DNA of 64,000 nt, taken from Trichoplax adhaerens. Its lineage: Eukaryota; Animalia; Placozoa. How positions within the stretch are numbered: the first letter of the stretch is position 1; every line of letters begins with the position of its first letter. Made by a program: the position numbers and the translations under genes. Location of the stretch: NCBI RefSeq assembly GCF_000150275.1, contig NW_002060947.1, positions 7,611,880 to 7,675,879 on the forward strand, read 5' to 3'. The notes beneath the pieces were generated by a model. That model made no database searches. It saw only the letters and a program-made list of their open reading frames with translations, and was not told the DNA's origin. This document shows, piece after piece, positions 52,279 through 64,000 of the stretch.

Positions 52279-55200
52279 ACTTATTACAGTGGTATTGTCC
52301 ATGACAATGTGAGAATTAGAAATCATAATCACAGATTGACCAATTTCATTTTATTGACATAATTAACAAAGTGTTGCAGCTGTGGCTTCAATTATTCTTC
52401 TATTATCTTTCGAAATTGGATTAATACTGAAACTGATTGATGTAAGCTACAGATATCTTGAAGACTGCGATTCTATCGTTCAATTTCAAATACGCGTATT
52501 GTAACCTAAAGTCAAAAAAAGCATAATCTACTCATTGCACTATCTTTATTTTTAGCCTGGGTAAATAAGTAATGATGTTCGATAATTTATATTTGATCTT
52601 AGAAACTGAAAATCAAAAACTTTTTTATGACAGAATAATTCTTGCTACAGTATTAAAAGATTATTTAATTTAGCTGTATTATGGAACATAGTACTGTATG
52701 ATTCAATAGAATAATTGTGTTTGATTTATTTAAATATTTTAAACAAGTGTGAATACTGCCGCTGTAATACTATAAAAAAATAAGGATTATTTTGGATTTA
52801 CAATGTTCATTGATTAATATAGAAGCCAGGATTACATCTGTAATTTTTAACAATGAAATCAAGATGTATTGAAATGTCGTGATATTTATATTGTTTTGTT
52901 GCATTATCTCGGTATGTTTGAAAACCTAGTGTTAAATTGAACTTTTAAAGTCTGATTCTCTATATTGTAGATAGATAGGCTGGAGTAAGCACGATTTAAT
53001 TCGAACAATAGCCTTTAAAATAACTTAACAGCACAACATAAAGTGATTATTACACAACCTGGAACCGGTACTATTTCAACTATTTGAACTAGCATATAGC
53101 TTTGATCGATTTAATTGATTCTGCTATACGGATATTTAAGAGTTGGTATTGAATGGATAGATTTATGTAGAGACAATCGTAGAGGATGTTGATCATGAGA
53201 CTTATCTTTCTCTGTTGCTGGAATGATATTTAATTGGATAATTTGATAGAAAAGTATAGTAATTTTGTTTTTATAAAGTAGTTACACTATGTAAAGGCCA
53301 ATAAGACATCTATTGACGTCTTCTGTAAGTAAACAAAGTTGATTGTGTCCCGTCGATGTTGTCTAAGTTTTGAATTGGAAATAATTAAACTGCAACAATG
53401 TATCAAATTGTTGATATGCTTTTTGTTAATCTATTCAAAGTGACAAGAATGAGATCAAAGGGTTTTTACATGTATTATATCCACTATCCGATTCAGAGAT
53501 TAACACTGTTTCAATTTGACTTTGAAGTAACTTCCATTTGGAGTCACTCCATTCCATGTTATAAGATAAAGCATATTAATTGTAGTAAAGCTATGATGCA
53601 ATATGTTTGCTCTAATTGGCCTATACCTACGCTAGTACAGTACATCACCTCTTGAATACTTCTATAAGCTACTAAACCATTAATCCCCCTGATTAAAAGA
53701 TTAAACTATTGCGTAAACATCTAATTTCCTTATTCGAATACATAAAAACGTAGATTTAAATAAATCATGATATCAGAAAATAGAAAGCACTCCAGAAAAT
53801 TTTAGTTAAAAATTGAATACTATATAAAATTAGATGTAAAAATTATTGTAGTATCGTGTTTCCTCAACATTCATTCAAATTTCATCAATTACATAAACAT
53901 AAAGCTATATTGTTTGTATTGCCAAATTGGGCAACAGTTGGCGTATTTAATTCTTAATTAATGATCACCGTAAAATTGATATCATTGATAGATTGAACGC
54001 TAGCGATATAAATAGAACTAGGTGATCTCAATAAGTAACTGCACGTGCGACTTGCCTTCTATATAGCATAATTTCGTTATTATTGGCTGTGAGTATAAGT
54101 AAGCAATTGTATGACAATAGATAAGAATGAATGAAAGCATAGATAGTATTATCTATACTTGTTATAAGAATAATTGTAACTGCTGTTAACTAAAAAAAAA
54201 ATTGGCTTCAACATCATAATTAATAATAACATGCTACTGATATGTCATGTAACTGTTGCTAAAGGAAAAATGGTGGCTAAAGAAGTATAGTATTTCTTTT
54301 TGAATTTATTATTAAAAAATGATATAACTTTCATTTAATACTAATTGGATAATAAGCTAAACCTTCAACTGCAATTAGATGATTTAAAATCAGATTGTAG
54401 AATCTATTAAATAAGGAGGAATATTTTACAATTCAAAATAAATCTTTAATGATTGAATAGCATAGATTATAATTGTTCATGAAAGGAAACACAAAACAAA
54501 TACTAGAAAGGGATCTGATAGTAATCTTGATAAAGAAACGAAGGGCTACTTTTAATAATTTTTTTACACGATAACAAGAAGATATACATTCGATTACTAG
54601 TAAGATTGTAGAGAATAACTTTATCGGTAAATCAAGATGGATTTGTATGAATATTCATGTAAGAGCTTTATATTAAGTTTGAATTTATGGAAAGATGATA
54701 TCTACCAAGGATTTATCATTGAATGAGGGCCGTCATGAATGAAATAATTTGATATGCTGTATTATTATAATAAAGAGAAATTTAATCTGACGGATTCAAA
54801 TAGAGACTTTGATCTGCTTTTTATATTGTTACTTGATTCAAAGATCTTATTGCTATTAACAATGATGAATAACAAGTATTTCTAGATATAATTTAGGTTA
54901 TTATTAATCTTGACTATGTTGCTAAGAGATCGATAAATTAAAGTCTGATGTAGAATATCATATCATTTATGGCTTTTTGCTTATTCAGAAGATCATTAGT
55001 GAATTAAATTATGGGACTTTGCATGAGTTTGACATATGATTTAATTCCTTAAAGATTTAATACAATCAGTCTGAATTTGCCATCTGTAATATAATTCGAT
55101 CTGAGTAACCAACTTTAGATGTCATAGAAGAATGCTTTGCATGGCATATACAGCTTTGATGTAAATTTCTGATGAGAATATTTTAACATTGAGCTGCTTA

Positions 55201-58200
55201 AGCTATTCATTGATATCTAATATGCTATCTTGCTTGGAAATAAGTACGTAGTTTTCGGACAGATTTCATATTTCACTACAACTTGGCTATTCTCTTCAAT
55301 TCTTAATTAGTAGTATACTACAAATACATAGTTTGAAGTGATATCTGCATGCCTATTTCAAGGTATAGCATCAGAATTTGGAATAGTTATCCATTATTAT
55401 ATATGCTCGCATAAGATATAATACGTATATCTCACTCAAACTAATTAACTTACTGCATCAGTGACATTTTAACCTAAGCTATCGCTTTAGCTCAAGAATC
55501 TGAAGTTATATGATTACTAGCTTGAATCCTTTTCTTTCATTGTATGTAATATCAGTAGTACAATGAAATTAGAGCCATATTCTCTCTTTCATTTATAGCA
55601 ATAGCATAGTAGTTTTAATAAGGCCAAAGGTAACGAACTCAGAATATCTTGTAGCTTGTTAGAGCTATGTAGTGACCTCAAAAATCTTTCTATCTTGCAA
55701 TGCGAGGCGTGATTAATTTGAAAACAATAGTATTTACTTATTTGTTTCTTTAAACAGTCTCATAATTATTATGGCATTGTTCATAGTATCATGTGATGAA
55801 ACAATTTTATTGCATGATATAATTGAATAAATATCTTTTAAACTAATGCCACCCCTATTTTAAATTAAAATAGAAGCTATCAATCACAAATAAATAAACT
55901 ATTGGTCGTTCCAACATTTATGATATACGATTATACCGTAGCTTCAATTTCTTCCTTTGCAAGCAAAATTCTAATTAGTCATGTTAAAAAAAGGAATATT
56001 AATTCTTTTGATTCTTCGAATAAGTATTGCCGTATCTAATGATGAATGATAATTATACCTAGCTTCGTTGAAATTATTTTTACAATCTAAACAGATAGCT
56101 ACTTGAGCAGACATTAAAGTTTTCTTGCACATCTTGCAAGGCCCTATCAACATCAGACGTTGCAAATGTTGCATTCTCTAACATACTTACTAACTATTAC
56201 TTACTCTGGCAATGAAATAAATTCGTAGCAGATTATTTCATTCCGTAGACATTGTCTTGTACACTATTTGAGTTATGTTTCATAACTTTGGCCAGCCTAT
56301 TTTATAATCAGGTGTTGCATTTAATGCATTGAGCAAAGCAAAATCTATATTTATTTATGCCATCTCTATTAGCAACCATGAAATATTGTGTATTTTCCTT
56401 TTGAAAATAAATTAAGCTGTAGTATACTATCCTGATTTTATTTAATTATGTAAGTGATCAACACTAGAGCTGTTGCAGCAATTAAATCGAATAGCTGCTT
56501 ATTTGATCATAATTAGTCTAGACTTCAAAGAATACGTGGACAGTGTTTCTGCAATTTAATTTAGTTTCAATTTATTAAGCTCAATTATTTTACAAGAAGG
56601 GAATATAATATCAAGTTGTTTCATTATTGGATGTTTCTTAGAGCGATAATTCCAATCCTTTCTTTCAGATGTCCATTAAATTTTTTTTAATCGAATCGCT
56701 ATTAAATATGCAGTATATTATCGTTTTATATAATTACTTATACCCTTAATAGCGAATTATTAAGCGATCAAAAATTTCATTTGCTGGATAAGGTATGAGT
56801 TTAGAATATAGCTGCACGCCAGTTAAAGTGCTGCTATAGCAGGAAAAATAATGATTACTAATACAACTTGAAAAATCAATCCAATTCATTCCAGCCTATT
56901 AGTAAGTAAACAGAAACTTATTACTGGATAAATCTTCGTGAAATCGCCATAAAATTGCAATGATAAATATCGTAACAGCTGCCAATAGAGGTGACAAATA
57001 ACTATTAGACATTTAACATCGTTGAATTAAATAATAGAATTATTCAAGTAAATCTTGACAAATTAGTATTATTTCAAATACTAACGGTTATCATTTACTC
57101 CATAACCCATCTGTTACGTAGTTACTTTTCTCCTTATAACTAATCATTGTTAATCTTATTCGTCTCGACACCGTGTGATCATGACCGTTATTGTTAATTG
57201 TTGGTTATGTTAATGTAGTTATAAAACAATCTTGTATTTATCGACATCATGATAAAGGCTGGATCCTTCTCAATTACGTAATGCCCTATTGAATGATAGT
57301 CTTTTTTTGTTATTATGCAATCTGGCTATTTCGCTGATTTTTTCAGTGCTTTTACCTGTATCGGCAATGATGATTAAAACTGATTAGAATTCAAAGTTGT
57401 AACATATTCATCGGTATGATGGCAAAGATAATTCAAAATTTTAACGGTCTCATCCATTCTAGTTATCGAATACTTAAAGTAATCATGTTTATTTTTATAC
57501 CGTATCAAATATTTATCTGATATTGATATTAGTCTACGTGTCAACTTGGAGTATAAGACAAACTAAGTTAACAAATTATTTTGTGTGAATTGAGGAGAGA
57601 TATTATGTATAGTTAATGCAGCAACTTACTCAAAAACTTGTTCAATTAGTCTATAAATTCGCATGTGCGCTCAATTGGCATTAAAATAGAACTAAAGGTA
57701 CAAAAATATTTATTTAAGAAAAATAACATGTAATATTAAAACACATAGCCACCTTTATTTTCTAGCAAGGTTGAATATAATGTTTCTATTTCATAACATA
57801 ATTCATCGTCGACATGCTGTGAAAGATCCAACAGGTGTTACTTACAACAAGTTCAAAGTTAGCATTATTGATTTTTCATTTAATTAGTCCTATAGCGTCA
57901 GCCCACTTTCCGTATCATTGATCTTAACTATCTCATTCTAAAGTATCATGGTCAATTAATCGTGAACCTCAGACTCGATTAAATTGCTACGGTGAAATAG
58001 TATGATATTTTTTAGTCATATTTGGAGCCAAAGATGCCTGAAAGAATGTCTAATTGTACCTATTCTTCAGCATAATTGCAATGCTGATTAAGTGATCAGT
58101 ACAGCTACAACTGCATCTAATTAGAATTCACTGTATGCCTTAGGTCCTTTTATTGGAATATATTGTCTTTTTAATAGTCTGGTCGCAATTTGAATCCATA

Positions 58201-61200
58201 GCAACTATTCAAGTTACAAATTTATTAAATAAACAGTATTGACTATTCACACGCGCCTGATGAATTAAAATTATACATAAATCCTAACAAACGGATAAAC
58301 TAAGCTATAGTGTTAAAAGTTGGCATTTTCTCGACATGATGTCACTATATTAATTAAGAAATCGCACATTAACTAATTATCTCGACAGTTTAGTCGCAAC
58401 AATATCGACCTTCATAGCTTTAAAACTTTGATGTAAATTTGAGATAAAGAACTATTACTTTAACAAGAAAGACCAATTCAACTTATAAGCAGTACTTTGC
58501 CTTCTATAATTTTATTGACTCAATGTTTTTATCTGCATATAAAATTTGCTCTTTTATTTTGTAATTTGACTTACTAACATTACGTAACACTGTGTCGAGT
58601 TAACATTCAAACCGTTAAATTATTATATCAAAGCCTTAATTAAGACTATCATGAAATTAATCTGAATTCAGCATTGCTGTTTTGACAAGTAAACTAATCG
58701 TAACGTAAATAATTTTATTCATGTTCCTATATCGGTTTACGGGCTTAAAATTTACGGTTTAGACAGAAGTTACTTTTTTAATAAATTTCAAATTAAATCG
58801 TTGTGCTTCTATAAATTAATACTAGCATTTCCTCGTTAAAGATAAACTTAGTGTCTTTCAGCGTCAATACTTTCACGTTGTAAGCCAGACTTACGCCTAT
58901 GCTTCCTACCAATCCATCTATTTGTAAAAATTAATAGCCAGATATTATTAATTAGTACGACATCTTCTATGCATTATAATAGCGTCATCATACGGGATTG
59001 ATTAACATCTGTAAAAAACAAAGATAGATTTTACTTTGAGACATGCCAAATAATAAGGCCAAATTGCAACTTTGATTTTGTGTGTTAACAAATTGCAAAG
59101 TAACTGATTCATTTGATTATTACCTTCATATTGAGGGTTATGAGACTGTAGTAACCGATAATTTTTCGGGCTTGTCGTCTAGTTACGAAGAGTATATGTT
59201 ACGATAGCTATGTTTCAATTCAATCTTACTTGAAATCATTAAATATTTCATACAAGTCTAATCATTGCTATTTGTATCAATTTTCTGTGCCATGCTTTCA
59301 CGCCATGAATGAATGTATCAAATTCGTTCAAATATAATTGGCATTTTATTCATGAGCAAACTTTTGTCTAACAATTGCATTAAATTAATAATTAATGAAT
59401 AGTCAATATTGTTTACAAATCAAGCTAATTAGCTGAGCTGCAGTTGGTAGCAATTAATTAATAATACGAATAGCTAAAAGTTCGACATGAAGCACTTTTA
59501 AGTAGTCAACATTATGTCAATTATTATGCCATAAAATCAATACCAAAGTATAACATAGCTAGCTAGTTACTTGTAGTCGTGACGGTTGTGCTGAATTTGT
59601 TGAAACGTCACGAATTGTGTCTATTACAACGCTAACACATTGCGATAAATTAATTTTCATCGAAACTGCGCAGAACCTTTACTAAATTTTAATTGAGACT
59701 AAACGATATTTCTGCTAGTACTTTCTACGGAAAATAGCGTAACCAATTACAAGCATAAGTATTCGTTACATACAATATGCAGGCATGATATTTCCCGCGC
59801 TTGCTTGAAACTAAATTTGAACTTGGTATCTCGACAGTTTAGTTATTTTACTTCAGTGACTATATTTCTGGCATTTTAAGCCTTCTAACTAAGCAAGAAA
59901 CATTTAATATTCGTGATTCGTATTTTTTTGAACCAATCTATCGACGATTAAAATGCTGACTTGGGCCAGATTTCCTAATAGAAGATTTACAAAATTGATA
60001 AAATCACACCAAAAAAATATTAGAATATTCTAAATGTCTCAGCTCGCTTTAAAGACTAGTAATTTCTTTAGAAGGCTAAATCAAGAATTATCTTGTAAGC
60101 ATGGAACTATATTTCTCCCCAGAGAGATCATAATATTTAATAGTGAAAGAAATTTAGTGTAATGCCCGAACAAATCGTTCAGAAATCCAAAACTCATGAA
60201 AACAACTTTGCTTTCTATCAACTTATATAACCAAAATTTAACCGTTTGAACTAACAGGTTTTCCACAATCTAATGTTGCAAATTCGATACTCTAATCATT
60301 TTAGAACCTAGTCCGAATTATAATTTAGGAATCGCATAGAATCATATTATTTGTGAGAATAAAACCGATACTATATACTGATTTCTTAATAATATTATCC
60401 TCGTTTTATCCACAAAGCTCTAAGAACAGGCATCATATCTTTTAGATATTTGCTTCCTTGCTGAGGTAAAACAAAGAAAGCGTTTATTTGCTACTAATAT
60501 TACTTTGAAAAAATGTAGGTGCAAATTTTAACTACAATTTACTGGTAATTGTAATATATAAATCATATTTAAATTAATCTGCACTATGCACCTACGGCAT
60601 ACTAAAGTGCAACCATCGGCAAATATCATCTTGCCGCTATTTATCTCAGTTACTATTATATTAGCGGTATGGGCTTACGTTAATCTATCTCAGTTTATAA
60701 TGAATACTAGAGGAGTATATGTACTTAAAATTGCGAAAAACTCTTGATCTAATAAGTGATTTGGTATTCGTTAGGCTTCGATTTCATGAAATGCTCATTC
60801 CACAGCAATCAAGGGTAGCATATATCGAAGTAAAGCACAAATATAAGCACTTTTATTTATGTACTGGTAAAAGACAAGTATATTAGAAGCGAAACCTCTT
60901 AGATCTTAGTAATAGAGATGAGCATTGACATATAGCTAGCGAAACTTTACAAGAAATAGATTGTATTCGGAAACTAAAGTACTGTTTATTGTTGCTGTCA
61001 ATTATCCTAGTAGTGTACGCAAGACTTACTCTTTATTAGATTATTTAGGAAATTTGGTTATAGTGAGGCTTCGATCTTAATAACTAAGATGGTGACATGT
61101 AGTGATGCCCATATATTTAATTATACGGATACCTATATTTGATATAGTTAGGTTACTTTGAATAGATATTACCGCGAAGCTAATATTAGATGATTGCTAA

Positions 61201-64000
61201 CTACTATATTAGAAATTGTCGATGACTAATAGTAGCCAGTTGACTAATTGTGGTACAAGATTTATGTAGTTAGAAACACCGTAGTTGTTAAGATGCCCTT
61301 CGGAGAAAGAGCCTAGACGTTAATACAAGAGTAGTGATATCTTAGCTAGAATGATTTAGATTATAGAAAATAATGATGTACTATTAGAGAAAAGAGTTTT
61401 GTTTGATGACTCATGTCTGATCGTAGATTAGTTAAGTTGTCATAAATGGATTTAACGAAATATTTATAAGAACTGCAAAGATGAGCTCATGTAGGAGAAG
61501 AGACTTCACTTCGCTTTGAGCTCCGAATACTTTACATTTTAGACTAGATTCTTGTAGTAATTAACTATTGCTCTACTATTCCTAAAACCTTGTAATAAAA
61601 GCCTTTTAGAAAATACCATATTACTAAGATTTGACTAAGATAGTTATTATGAGATGCATTTATTACACGACGCTAGATCTGAGTGGATTAACGGTGCCAA
61701 CGATTATCTTTAAGCGTTAAGATCATTGTGTTTTGTCCGTAGATAATACTGCAAATGTTAGCTGTAACCTTAGGAGAAACTCTGGGCGCCTCGATAAGTG
61801 GCTTCAGCATATCTCAGTGTCTCAGTTCAGAAAGAGGGATGACAATCATACCTAGTTAGGGATCTTACTTTTATAGAAGCCATTCTAAATATTTAGTAGA
61901 ATAGAAAAAACTATAGATCAAGATAGGTTCGATTTCACGTAAATTGATTAAGGAGAATAATTTGACAAATACGGTTATCAATACGCCTACAGGAAGGATA
62001 TAAAAGGCTGGCTCCGTTCGAGAGGAGAAAGTTGATAGCCTTCGAGCTAGATTAGAGTTTTACTACTGAAATATTCAGTAGTTATTTTTACGTAATAAAC
62101 AGTTTTTAACCGCTACACTGTGGTAGTAAGGACCGAATGGCTAATTAGAGTAGGGCTAATGGTAGTACATTATCACATAGGTTTACCAAACCAGTATTCA
62201 AATAACCATTGATAGCATCTATGATATATTAACTCACACTCAATCGAAGGTAAATGTATGATAGGCTAATGAATCTTCTCACTTATGTAAGGTGCATTCT
62301 GGAGAGGATTCTTATTACTATATCAGTTGTTCTTCTGTGTAGGACTAAACCAATTCTAAAGTGAAACCATTAAAATGCTATTATACTTTGCGGCTTAAAA
62401 CTACTTTAGCCTAGCTTTATTTCACAAGCGCAGTTCACAATTGACGCTTATTTAAAATTATTAACTTAATTTCACTATAATTTACAAATGAATACTATTC
62501 TACTTTCCAGTACAACAATAAGAAATGGAAGTAGGAAGAATCGTTACAATGATTTAGCTAGAACTTACAAGTACATACTGTAGGTAGAAATCTGGTCTGG
62601 TGTAACATTATTACTATCATTCAGTGTGCAGTTGAGTAAGTTATTCTATTCACGATTTATTTACACCCTAGCAAGTTCATTAAAATCAAGAATGCCTTCT
62701 ATCGTGTGATTAAAATATTGCCAAATTTGGTCTTCACTAATGTACTAGTTAGATTCAGCACTAGCTGTCTACATTGTAAAAAATTATTTAGGGCTACATA
62801 ATGTATTATAGCACTGTAATGTATACTCATGTCGATACTGTTAGCTCGTATTTTGCAAAATTCTAGTATTAGATGATCCCTTAACGACTGGGTTGAATCT
62901 GTTTATTTTTCAGAATACGCTTGTATATTGTATGGCACGCCAATTTACATACATTACAGGTACTCTGATAAATTGGAGCAAAGCTATTCCTTCGTTAAGT
63001 TGACTACGCATACATAAAAGCTGCCGCTTTCAATCATTACCGTGAGTATTAAAAAACAACATCGCTATATATTTTAAAATTGCTTTATATGTATATTGGC
63101 AGCAATATCTATGGCAATCTGTGCTTATGATTAATCCGAAATTGGCCAGTGACGAAATAAATTCTTCAATTGTACGAACTTATTTCCTTTTATTCAGATC
63201 ATCATATTCAAGAGCAACAGGCGAACTGAATGATACATGTTTAATTTTTAAACATAACTATTTCAAGATTGCGTTCGAGATATCCGCTATAACAGCTAAT
63301 GTCAAACGGTACATTCAAGTTTACTGTATATTCACAACTTACAAATTTACTATTGGAGCTCTAAAATCTTCTAACCAGGAACGATCGGTGAATTTCAACG
63401 CCTAAGAAGGCATGGATTATTAAATTCATAATACTTGCAACTCATAGTAGGTATAACGCTATAACCCCAATGTGGATGTCAATAGGTGATTAAATTCACC
63501 AAAGTGTTGTTTATGCGGCAAGCACTTTTACGTATGCGGTGAAGCACTTAAATTTCCTTCATTCTGTTATGATAACAAAAGTTAGATTTAAAACATAATA
63601 GCAACCTGGTAAATTTTAAAGATAAAAGTTATATCATAGAAGTAGCAATTTTATTACCTAAGACGTTATAAAGAAAGTAATAAAAATCGCATGCTTTAAA
63701 CTTTAGGTCGATTAATAACAGCTATACAGATTAAAGATGTAGTTTCCACTGCATATTCAATAAATAAAAGTAATCCATTTGTAAAATCAAGTAATAATTT
63801 GGGAATAATATAGATTTTTAAAGATAAATGCGATATCACTGGAATTTCAGGAACTAATTTTCAGTCTATCTTGCATTAGTTGTAGCCTGCTGATGCCGCT
63901 CGTTCTACAGCACTCTGTATCGTATCGAGTTAACCGACTTTTACAACTTGACAGTCTTGCTCCAGCTAGGATGGTGCTGACTAGGATGATACAGACCGTG

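Noticed and set aside
62914-63405. Exon-like segments at 62914-62959 and ~63199-63308, and ORF 63121-63405
   Set aside because: Plausible splice signals but no recognisable protein in any joined frame; may be UTR, lncRNA or chance.

Overview
AT-rich eukaryotic genomic DNA with many short GT-AG introns. Composition and gene style fit an early-branching animal, most likely a placozoan such as Trichoplax (inference, not checked). The left half holds two tandem minus-strand paralogues, A (<136-11016, 3' end off the window) and B (17611-27887). Both encode N-terminally lipidatable (MGCxSS) DUF4062-NACHT-TPR proteins of the TEP1/TTC41/NPHP3-like STAND ATPase group. A decayed partial duplicate of gene A lies between them. 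The paralogues share two exact non-coding blocks, one upstream and one in the long 5th intron, and both resemble RFX X-boxes, which suggests a ciliary role. The right half holds a voltage-gated Ca2+ channel alpha2delta subunit gene (+, 34350-46026) with a U12-type AT-AC intron, a GC-AG intron and a GPI-type tail. It is followed by PINX1 (+, 48650-51271), a convergent single-exon PTF/Fer-family bHLH gene (-, 51672-52217) and about 11.8 kb with no gene I can recognise. Exon structures were assembled by hand from the sequence; no database search was run.
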